IMG/VR virus record: IMGVR_UViG_3300025674_000016
Coordinates: 91,703-155,702 of that record
Length of the DNA stretch: 64,000 nt
Source: a virus
Strand: one strand, 5' to 3'
Below are positions 39,318 to 47,342 of the stretch, piece by piece. The notes under the pieces are model-generated. The model was not told the DNA's origin. It worked only from the letters and a program-made list of their open reading frames with translations, and ran no database searches. The stretch's first letter is position 1; each line of letters begins with the position of its first letter. The position numbers were made by a program, and so were the translations under genes.

Positions 39318-40235
39318 ATGAAACACGAAGGTGGTGCCTTTCACTTGGCAGGTATCGTTCCTGTCGCAGGACAACAATTAGATTTTAATTTTCCTTGGCA
39401 TGACTCACTTCAGCCTATTGCCAGGGACTATCTTGCAGTAGAAAGGGCTGTTATTGACTGCCTTTATGCTGGGTGTAAAACAATCTGGGTTATCTGCAAT
39501 GATGACATGCAACCCCTAATAAGACATCGCTTGGGTGACTGGGGTGTTGATCCTCTTTCTATTTATAGAGCAACATTTTCTAAATTTCCTTCTAACTATC
39601 ACAGAAGAGTACCCATCCAATATGTCCCCATTCATCCAAACGATAGAGATAAAAGAGATTGCTTAGCTTGGTCTGTTATCCACGGTGCTTTTATTGCAGA
39701 CTGGGTGTCCAGATCACTCAGCAGGTGGATAACTCCTGCTAAGTTCTTTGTTTCTTGGCCATATGGCGTAAATCATACTATGGATATAGAGAAGCGTAGA
39801 AAAATAGTTAACTCAAAAGGTAGAGCCGTATTCAAATATAAAGGAAAGACTGTTTGCGATGGCGAGTACTTACCTTTTACCTTTACTTTAGAAGAAATGA
39901 AGAAGTTTAAGAATATTATTCGTAAGAAAGGAACAGGTAAATATGAAATAGATGAAGATGCTGTTACTAATAATCCTTGGCATTTAAAATTAAGGCCAAT
40001 AGAAGAAAGATTCTCAGCTAGATTCTTTAATTTAGAAGACGTTTTTTATTTTGAAGACCTGAAAGAAGAGGAACTATTTGAAATGGATTGGTATTATAAT
40101 ATATCTTCTTGGGATGGCCTATGCGAATACTTAGGCTCAGAAGAAAGAAAGATAATGAAGAAGCCGCCCAAGTCTATATTAAGCTACCATGAGTTTTCTC
40201 CTATCGGTGTCGATATAAACGAAGAAACCTCTTGA
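39318..40235 (+). CDS. Nucleotidyltransferase-like (GT-A fold) protein
   Basis: GIVPVAG...L.PI.....ERAV.....AG...IWVI. Confidence 0.55.
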   Translation: MKHEGGAFHLAGIVPVAGQQLDFNFPWHDSLQPIARDYLAVERAVIDCLYAGCKTIWVICNDDMQPLIRHRLGDWGVDPLSIYRATFSKFPSNYHRRVPIQYVPIHPNDRDKRDCLAWSVIHGAFIADWVSRSLSRWITPAKFFVSWPYGVNHTMDIEKRRKIVNSKGRAVFKYKGKTVCDGEYLPFTFTLEEMKKFKNIIRKKGTGKYEIDEDAVTNNPWHLKLRPIEERFSARFFNLEDVFYFEDLKEEELFEMDWYYNISSWDGLCEYLGSEERKIMKKPPKSILSYHEFSPIGVDINEETS

Positions 40236-40260
40236 CCTTGCCTGCCTTTTGATATAGTAT
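40232..40260 (+). promoter_or_regulatory. sigma70-type promoter of dnaE
   Basis: TTGACC-N17-TAGTAT. Confidence 0.55.
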
Positions 40261-40287
40261 CGGTGACGGATTTTGATGGGAGAACAA

Positions 40288-43200
40288 ATGACAACAACAC
40301 ATTCAAAAATTCCTTTTGTTGGACTTCACGCACATGACGGCTTTTCGATTGGTGATGGCCTCGGCTTCCCCTCAGAGCACTATGACTTTGCTTTTGAGAA
40401 TGGCCTCCAAGCACATGCCATCACCAACCACGGTAACATGAACAGCGTTCCCCATGTTGTCCAGCATGTAAAGAAGATGCGGGACGGCGGCAAGAACATT
40501 AAGCCTATCTTTGGTGTTGAGGCTTACTTTATTCCTTCACTTCAGGAGTGGAAGGAAGAATACGAGAAGGCCAAAGAGAACAAGAAAAATAAAAGCGCAA
40601 TCAAGGACGACCGTTCTGCAACAGTTATCGAAGATGAAAACCGCAAGATCAAGAACATTCTCAACCGTCGTCGCCACTTGGTCCTACTTGCTCAGAACCA
40701 ACAGGGCTTGAACGATCTCTTTGAACTTATCTCTGAGAGTTATGGAGAAGGTAATTTTTATCGTTACCCTCGCGTGGATTATGACGCCCTCAGAAAGTAT
40801 GGCTCCAACTTGATTGCCACTAGTGCTTGTCTTGGCGGAGTCTACGCAGGGAATTATTGGGAAAACAGGGAAGAAGGCGATGAAGCCGTGCTCCAAGCCA
40901 TGAGAGAAACATCACGCACGATGTTGTCTATTTTTGGTGATCGTTGGTATGGCGAAGTCCAGTGGAACAATATTCCTGAGCAGCACGAGCTTAACCAGTA
41001 CGTTATTAAAGTTTGTGAAGAGTTCGGCATTGAACTGGTCTCAACTGCTGATAGCCATTACCCTCGCCCTGACTCTTGGAAGGACCGTGAGCTTTACAAG
41101 AGGATGGCTTGGCTTGGTAAGAAAGCTCCTGATTGGATGTCCAATGAGCTTCCAGGCTCTGTTGAAGAAATTGGGTACGAGCTTTACCCAAAGAACGGAG
41201 ATCAGATGTGGGAGGCATATAAAAAATATTCTCAACAGCAAGGTCAAGAGTATGATGATCAGTTGATCCTTGACTCCATCAAGCGCACTCATCACATCGC
41301 AATGAACAGGATTGAAAGTTACTTGCCTGACTCTACTGTTCGATTGCCTAAGTTTGTTTTGCCTGAAGGTTTCAGCACTGCCGACTCAGCACTCAAAGAG
41401 CTTTGCGTCTCCGCTTTGCATGACGCAGGACTTTACGATAACAAAGAGTATTTTAATCGTCTTATGAAAGAATTGGAGGTTATCAGTGAGCGTGGTTTCT
41501 CTGAATATTTCTTGACAATGAAGGCTATTGCAGATGAAGCTGTCCAGCTCTCTCTTGTTGGTCCTGCTCGCGGATCTGCTGCTGGCTCTTTGATTGCTTA
41601 TTTGCTTGGCATCACTCAGGTTGACCCTATGAAGTATGGTCTGCTATTTGAGAGGTTCTTGACAAGAAAGGGCAAGGGGTATCCTGATATTGACTATGAC
41701 GTAGCAAACCCGATGCGTTTAAAAGAGCATTTGATTGAGAAATGGGGTCGCAACACGGTTGTTCCTATTTCCAACTTTAACACTTTAAAATTGAGATCCT
41801 TGATTAAGGATATCTCAAAGTTTTATGATATTCCTTTTACTGAGGTGAACGCAGTCACAAGCAAGATGCTCCAAGAAGCTACACCTGCTGCAAAGCAAAA
41901 GCACGGCATCAAAGCCGGTGTTTACACTCCGACATTTGAAGAGGTGATGGAGTTCAGCGAGAGTCTTCAAAAGTTTTTGAAAAAGTATCCTCATGTAAAG
42001 ACTCACGTTGTTGCCTTGCATGGCCAAAACAGGTCGGTGTCTAGGCACGCTGGTGGTGTTGTGATCGGTGAGAACCTGAATCGTTATATGCCTTTGATTA
42101 ACTCTGGTGGCGTCACTCAGACTCCTTGGACGGAGGGCATGAATGCAAGACACTTGGAGCCGATGGGTTTCATTAAATTTGACTTGCTTGGTCTCTCAAC
42201 AGTAGAGATGATTGAGGCAGCAATAATAAACATCTTGAAGAACAAAAAGGGAATATTTAATCCACAACACAAGGATGTGCGGGCTTTCTATGATGAATAT
42301 CTGCACCCTGATGTAATAGATTTTGAAGATCAAAAGGTCTGGAAAAATATTTTTCATAACGGTAGGTTTGCTGGTATTTTTCAGTTTACCCAGCAAGGGG
42401 CACAGGACTTTTGTGTGAGAGCAAAGCCAACAAACCCTGTTGGCCTTTCAGTAATCACTTCTATCTATAGACCTGGGCCTCTATCTGCAAACGTCGATAA
42501 AGATTATGTGGACGCAAAGCAGCAGCCACAATACATTAAATATATCCACCCCATCGTAAGAAAATACACAGAAGACACATATGGGTTCTTGATCTTTCAG
42601 GAGCAAATTGCTATACTAGCGCACAAGCTTGGAAAGGATATCTCTCTTGATGAGGGTAACATGCTTCGCAAGCTCCTGACCAAGAAGGGAACAGATAAGG
42701 GCGTGGAAGAAAAACTAAAAATTGAAAGCAAGTTTATTGAGGGTTGTGTCGAGAAGGGTATTGACAAACTTAAAGCCCAAAAGCTCTGGAACACGTTTGA
42801 ATATTTCTCAAGCTACGGGTTCAATAAAAGTCACGCTATATCTTATAGCATGATCTCGTTCCAGTGTGCTTGGCTGTTTCACTATTATCCGGCAGAGTGG
42901 ATGGCTGCTTTCTTGGATAAGGAACCAGAGAAGCGTAAGGAGCTTGCAGTCAATATTGCCAAAAGCTTTGGGTTTAAGATCGAGCCTATGAATATTAATA
43001 CTTCTGGTACGTCTTGGACCGCCTTGGCTGACGGCAAAACCCTTGTTCAGCCCCTTACTTCGATCAAAGGCTTGGGTGAAAAGGCTGTCGAGCAGATTAT
43101 GAACAACAGGCCATTTCAAACAATTGATGATTTTTTATTTGATGAGAATGTTGTTTACAGTAAGTTGAATAAAAAAGCAATTGATGTCCTGGTTAGGAGT

Positions 43201-43707
43201 CAGGCCCTCAATTGTTTGATGGACGAGCGGTTTTCTGGACTCAAACACTACTGGTCTGCTGTTGCGCTAGACCGCCCAAGAACGCTCAAAAAGTTCTTGG
43301 AGAATGTTGAACTATACGAACCCGAAGGAGACTTTACGGAGGAGGAAAAGATTGAATTTTTGACTGACTTGACTGGAGTTTTTCCAATTAGAATGGTGGC
43401 TGATGAAAAGCTCTTAAAGAAGTTTGAAGAAAAGTATATTCCCCCTCTTGGGGAGTATGATCCTGACTTGGGCGTCTCTTGGTTTATCCCAAGGCATGTG
43501 GAAGTCAAGAAAACAAAAAAAGGTAAAGAGTATTGGATAGTGGACGTGATCGACATCACAAGCAAGATCACCAAGATTAAGTGTTGGGGAATCAGAAAAG
43601 AAGACAAAATATTTATCAACAGGCCATACATGGCAAGACTCGACTATGATGAGCAGTGGGGCTTCTCAACCCGCTCAGTAAGAAAAAACTTTAGACTTGT
43701 AGGATAG
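40288..43707 (+). CDS. dnaE: DNA polymerase III alpha subunit (family C)
   Basis: PHP domain (HAH, TNHG, ADSHY), RGSAAGSL, PDIDYD, HAGGVV, KFDLLGL, YGFNKSH. Confidence 0.96.
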   Translation: MTTTHSKIPFVGLHAHDGFSIGDGLGFPSEHYDFAFENGLQAHAITNHGNMNSVPHVVQHVKKMRDGGKNIKPIFGVEAYFIPSLQEWKEEYEKAKENKKNKSAIKDDRSATVIEDENRKIKNILNRRRHLVLLAQNQQGLNDLFELISESYGEGNFYRYPRVDYDALRKYGSNLIATSACLGGVYAGNYWENREEGDEAVLQAMRETSRTMLSIFGDRWYGEVQWNNIPEQHELNQYVIKVCEEFGIELVSTADSHYPRPDSWKDRELYKRMAWLGKKAPDWMSNELPGSVEEIGYELYPKNGDQMWEAYKKYSQQQGQEYDDQLILDSIKRTHHIAMNRIESYLPDSTVRLPKFVLPEGFSTADSALKELCVSALHDAGLYDNKEYFNRLMKELEVISERGFSEYFLTMKAIADEAVQLSLVGPARGSAAGSLIAYLLGITQVDPMKYGLLFERFLTRKGKGYPDIDYDVANPMRLKEHLIEKWGRNTVVPISNFNTLKLRSLIKDISKFYDIPFTEVNAVTSKMLQEATPAAKQKHGIKAGVYTPTFEEVMEFSESLQKFLKKYPHVKTHVVALHGQNRSVSRHAGGVVIGENLNRYMPLINSGGVTQTPWTEGMNARHLEPMGFIKFDLLGLSTVEMIEAAIINILKNKKGIFNPQHKDVRAFYDEYLHPDVIDFEDQKVWKNIFHNGRFAGIFQFTQQGAQDFCVRAKPTNPVGLSVITSIYRPGPLSANVDKDYVDAKQQPQYIKYIHPIVRKYTEDTYGFLIFQEQIAILAHKLGKDISLDEGNMLRKLLTKKGTDKGVEEKLKIESKFIEGCVEKGIDKLKAQKLWNTFEYFSSYGFNKSHAISYSMISFQCAWLFHYYPAEWMAAFLDKEPEKRKELAVNIAKSFGFKIEPMNINTSGTSWTALADGKTLVQPLTSIKGLGEKAVEQIMNNRPFQTIDDFLFDENVVYSKLNKKAIDVLVRSQALNCLMDERFSGLKHYWSAVALDRPRTLKKFLENVELYEPEGDFTEEEKIEFLTDLTGVFPIRMVADEKLLKKFEEKYIPPLGEYDPDLGVSWFIPRHVEVKKTKKGKEYWIVDVIDITSKITKIKCWGIRKEDKIFINRPYMARLDYDEQWGFSTRSVRKNFRLVG

Positions 43708-43719
43708 GAGAAAAGAAGA

Positions 43720-44190
43720 ATGATTTTAGAGTATTACAAGACACACGGTAATGTTTTTTCGCCCTTTAGGGCAAATCCAAGCGATGCTGGACTAGATATA
43801 TGCTACAGCCCAGAGGTGGCAAAAAACATTGAGATACCACCTAACAGCAGTGCAGTGATTCCAACTGGCTTAAAGTTCGGCGTTCCACATGGTTACATGC
43901 TGGAAGTTAAGAACAGGTCTGGGGTTGCTGCCAAGCGAGGGCTCTTGGTAGGAGCATGCGTGGTGGATTCAGGATATGATGGTGAAGTATTTATTAATTT
44001 GCATAATGTTGGGACTAATAATCAAACTATTAGTCCAGGAGATAGAATCGCGCAAGTAGTCTTGATACCAGTCGTACACTTCAGGGCTATCGAAACAGCA
44101 GAAGACGATCTATACGGATGGTATCCAATTACCATCAGTGACCGAGGTGAAGGCAAGCTGGGGAGCACAGATGAAAAGACTAACGACTGA
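43720..44190 (+). CDS. dut: Trimeric dUTPase
   Basis: AGLD, RSG, VDSGYDGE, RIAQ, RGEGKLGST. Confidence 0.95.
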   Translation: MILEYYKTHGNVFSPFRANPSDAGLDICYSPEVAKNIEIPPNSSAVIPTGLKFGVPHGYMLEVKNRSGVAAKRGLLVGACVVDSGYDGEVFINLHNVGTNNQTISPGDRIAQVVLIPVVHFRAIETAEDDLYGWYPITISDRGEGKLGSTDEKTND

Positions 44191-44506
44191 GAACTTTAAG
44201 GATGAGATTCTAGACTCCATTGAACCTTGTTTGGTTCTTTTTAAGAATAAGCACTGTGGCCTTTGCGATGGCATGATTTCTGTTATGTTTAGAATCAAAG
44301 CAAGGTATGGAAGTAAAATTAAGTTTGGCTATGTGGAAACCACTCAAGAGGAAGACTTGTCTGATATGTTTGAAATAGAAGGCGTGCCAACTCTTTTCTT
44401 TTTTAGAGACGGAGATGGTGTGGAGTTGCAGTATCCCGCAAGGCCAGATATCTACTCTGGATATTCCGAGGAGCATATCAGGGAACACCTAGATAAACTG
44501 TTATGA
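44171..44506 (+). CDS. Thioredoxin-like protein
   Basis: CGLC; F.I.GVPTL.FF. Confidence 0.8.
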   Translation: MKRLTTENFKDEILDSIEPCLVLFKNKHCGLCDGMISVMFRIKARYGSKIKFGYVETTQEEDLSDMFEIEGVPTLFFFRDGDGVELQYPARPDIYSGYSEEHIREHLDKLL

Positions 44507-44820
44507 ACAATAAAAAGAAAATAACTTATTATGAACACCCCAAGGTTCATGCTGATCTTAAGATTCGTTGGCAATATGATAGCTTGGGGCAATCTGAGTT
44601 CTTTAGGGTTCTTTGTACTGCCTACCTCAACAAAGATCAAAGGATTCTGGACATACTCAGCGAGTACAAAAAAGAAAACAAGATCCAGAACCAGACCAAA
44701 AGAAATAAAACTCAAAAGCTATACGAAGAGGGCAGAGAAGTAGAATCTAAATTTTCACTAAAAGAAGATGAGATAGAAAGCATCTTCGACTTACTAGAAA
44801 AGGAACATCCAGACTTATGA
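44503..44820 (+). CDS. Hypothetical protein
   Basis: Coupled ORF. Confidence 0.55.
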   Translation: MNNKKKITYYEHPKVHADLKIRWQYDSLGQSEFFRVLCTAYLNKDQRILDILSEYKKENKIQNQTKRNKTQKLYEEGREVESKFSLKEDEIESIFDLLEKEHPDL

Positions 44821-45053
44821 AGTGTTATGATATGTGCAAAGTTACAAACCGCAAGTGCTCCAAGGAAGAGTGCAGAATGTGGATGGACTTTAAAGAAGAT
44901 TTAAATTGTTCAATTATAGCCTCAAATAAAAACCCAGACGGCATGAGCTTAAGGGAAATAGGCGAAAGATTAAAGCTTACATGCACCAGAGTAAAGCAAA
45001 TTCAAGACAAGGCATTAGAAAAACTAAGCGAATCAGTGCGAATCATTAACTGA
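44817..45053 (+). CDS. Stand-alone sigma70 region-4 HTH protein with a Cys-rich N-terminus
   Basis: MSLREIGERL.LT..RV.QIQ.KAL.KL. Confidence 0.75.
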   Translation: MKCYDMCKVTNRKCSKEECRMWMDFKEDLNCSIIASNKNPDGMSLREIGERLKLTCTRVKQIQDKALEKLSESVRIIN

Positions 45054-45117
45054 TCTGGTTATTTCGAGCAAAAACTACTATTTATTACACAAAGACACTT
45101 TAAAGGAGACTTTTAAA

Positions 45118-45732
45118 ATGAGTAAGAAACTTCTCAAAGAAGGAACAGTTCGCAAGTTTATGAAGTTGGCTAACCTCTCTAGCTTTTCTAACAACTTTGT
45201 TAACGAAAAATACGACAAGGAAGAGATGGGAGATCTTGAAGAAGCTGGTTTCAACGCAGGAGTTGGCCTGAATTTTAAGAGGGATGAAGAGTTAGAAGAG
45301 GGCGGCATGGCATACAAGAGAGACGACCTTTACGAAGAAGAAGACGACGAAGAGGGCATGGATCTTGGCGATGAAGACGATGAGCCAATGGGCGATAAAG
45401 AAGAACTCTTTAAGCGCATTGTTGAGGCCGTTGCTGACGTGCTCGGCGTTGAAGTTGATCTTGAAGATGCAACTGGCGGCGACGAAGACATGGACATGGG
45501 CGACGAAGACATGGACATGGGCGACGAAGACATGGACATGGGCGACGAAGACATGGACATGGGCGACGAAGGTGACGAAGAGGGTGGTGAAGAGGAAGCC
45601 CTTAACGAAGCTATTCTAAACCTTCTTAACCGCTCCAACATTCAAGTTGTTGATGACAGTGTGATGACCGAGGCGCTAGTCAAAAGAGTTGCTGCTCGCG
45701 TTGCACGCAGGTTACTAAAAGAGTCTCTATGA
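45118..45732 (+). CDS. Very acidic probable internal head/scaffold-like protein
   Basis: TACTATTTA at 45076; LLKE..VRKFMKLA leader; many L/V.E sites; DEDMDMG repeats. Confidence 0.6.
   Translation: MSKKLLKEGTVRKFMKLANLSSFSNNFVNEKYDKEEMGDLEEAGFNAGVGLNFKRDEELEEGGMAYKRDDLYEEEDDEEGMDLGDEDDEPMGDKEELFKRIVEAVADVLGVEVDLEDATGGDEDMDMGDEDMDMGDEDMDMGDEDMDMGDEGDEEGGEEEALNEAILNLLNRSNIQVVDDSVMTEALVKRVAARVARRLLKESL
45478..45570 (+). repeat. Perfect 21-nt coding tandem repeat (4+ copies)
   Basis: GGCGACGAAGACATGGACATG. Confidence 0.92.
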
Positions 45733-46412
45733 AATATTGGCATCAGCACAAAGATTATGAAAAGGCTGGTGTCAGGAAAATCTTAGAAGAGTACGTTGAA
45801 GAGAAGATCCCTGGCTTCGCTGTTCATCAAAAGTCTAGCAGCCGAGTGATGCGTTTCCTTGGAAGCGTACTCTTTTTTGTTCCTACCTTTATGACCAGTT
45901 TTGTTACGACGCTTTACCCTAAGATTTATGTCCCAGACTTAAGTCGCTGGAAAAGTAACCACACTGGTACACTTAAAACTCTTTCACACGAGTATGTTCA
46001 CTTATCCGATAGAAAAAGATTAGGATTCTTGTTTAATTTAATTTACTTGTCTCCTCAAGTCTTTGCCTTGCTGGCCTTGTTGTCCTTTTATAACCTTTGG
46101 TTTTTGTTCGCTCTTTTTCTCTTGCTTCCCCTGCCCAGCATAGGGCGAACCTGGGCAGAGGTCCGAGGTTATAGAATGACAATGGCAGTTCACTTCTGGC
46201 TTACTTCAAAGAAATATAATATTGAACACTTAACATATCATTTTATCGGATCAAATTATTATTGGATGTGGCCTTTCAAAAGCCATATCAAGAATATACT
46301 AGAGAAAGAATATAAAAAAATACAAAACAACGATCTCGCCCCAGAGCTAGCAGAAGTAAGGGAAGTCTTGACAAAGGCAGGAGTCATATGCTATGATGCT
46401 TCTAGGAGGTGA
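45729..46412 (+). CDS. Membrane-associated zinc metallopeptidase-like protein
   Basis: HEYVH motif, downstream E (WAEVRGY), hydrophobic segments. Confidence 0.6.
   Translation: MKYWHQHKDYEKAGVRKILEEYVEEKIPGFAVHQKSSSRVMRFLGSVLFFVPTFMTSFVTTLYPKIYVPDLSRWKSNHTGTLKTLSHEYVHLSDRKRLGFLFNLIYLSPQVFALLALLSFYNLWFLFALFLLLPLPSIGRTWAEVRGYRMTMAVHFWLTSKKYNIEHLTYHFIGSNYYWMWPFKSHIKNILEKEYKKIQNNDLAPELAEVREVLTKAGVICYDASRR
46368..46397 (+). promoter_or_regulatory. sigma70-type promoter
   Basis: TTGACA-N18-TATGAT with TG extension. Confidence 0.55.
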
Positions 46413-46415
46413 GAT

Positions 46416-46787
46416 ATGTTATCTGCATTATTATGGGCCTTTACAGGCGCTCTAGTCTACAAAGTGCTGGCAACCATGATGGCTGTCGGCCATGCTTCTA
46501 TTTTCACAAAAAAAGTTATCAAACAAACCCTGTTCTTGCTTAACAGTGCTGCAAGCGATGTTGCTTTTATAAAACAACTCAAAAACAAAGTGGCACATGA
46601 AGCCCTGTCCCCTGAGCAAGCAGAGTGGATCAAAAAGGTTGATGATAAACTTTTTGATGATTGGAAGTCAAATTCTATTCGCATGTTCCACAATACTTTT
46701 ACAGGAAATACGTCTTCTCTTGTCGAGTTTAAGGATTGGCAGGAAGCTATGGCCTATTTAGATAAAGAAACCAAGGAGAACAAATGA
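46416..46787 (+). CDS. Hypothetical protein with an N-terminal membrane anchor
   Basis: SD AGGAGGT. Confidence 0.55.
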   Translation: MLSALLWAFTGALVYKVLATMMAVGHASIFTKKVIKQTLFLLNSAASDVAFIKQLKNKVAHEALSPEQAEWIKKVDDKLFDDWKSNSIRMFHNTFTGNTSSLVEFKDWQEAMAYLDKETKENK

Positions 46788-47341
46788 CGGAAGAAAAGCA
46801 GCAAGAAGTACAAGAAATCGAGATTGATGAGCCTGGTATCCGAATTATGAGCCTCTATGGCCCGGTTGATGAAGAGTTGGTCGAGAAAACAATTTCTTCA
46901 CTGCTTGCAGTGTCCTACATGGACGCAGATCCAATTCAGTTGATTATTTCAACTGGTGGTGGCTTGGCCACTGAAATGTTTGCTCTTTATGATGTAATGC
47001 GAAATATCAGAGAAGATATTGAAATTTTAACACTTGGCTTGGGCAAGGTTATGTCAGCAGGCGTTTTGCTTTTGGCTGCTGGCACCAAAGGAAAAAGAAA
47101 GATTGGAAAGCATACAAGGGTGATGATTCACGGTATGAAGACCGATTTGGGTGGATATCTCAACGATATCAAAAATGATTATGATGAATTAAAGCAAATT
47201 GAAAAGATTTATATTGATGCCCTGTCAAAAGAAACCAATTTGACAAAAACAAAACTAAGGGAAATGTTTGCAGAACGCAGGGATATCTTTCTCTCAGCAG
47301 AAGAGGCTGTTGAATATGGGATTGCAGACGAGGTAATCTAA
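46784..47341 (+). CDS. clpP: ClpP-like serine protease
   Basis: IST.GG, G.VMSAG, R.MIH, RD.FLSAEEAVEYG..D. Confidence 0.9.
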   Translation: MTEEKQQEVQEIEIDEPGIRIMSLYGPVDEELVEKTISSLLAVSYMDADPIQLIISTGGGLATEMFALYDVMRNIREDIEILTLGLGKVMSAGVLLLAAGTKGKRKIGKHTRVMIHGMKTDLGGYLNDIKNDYDELKQIEKIYIDALSKETNLTKTKLREMFAERRDIFLSAEEAVEYGIADEVI

Positions 47342-47342
47342 A

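Noticed and set aside
31006-43707. Inteins or introns in the helicase, RNR or DnaE genes
   Set aside because: Lengths are normal, motifs are contiguous and no intein splice motifs are visible
45478-45570. 21-nt perfect repeats (and the 29.7 kb repeats) as CRISPR or iterons
   Set aside because: They are in-frame coding repeats without unique spacers
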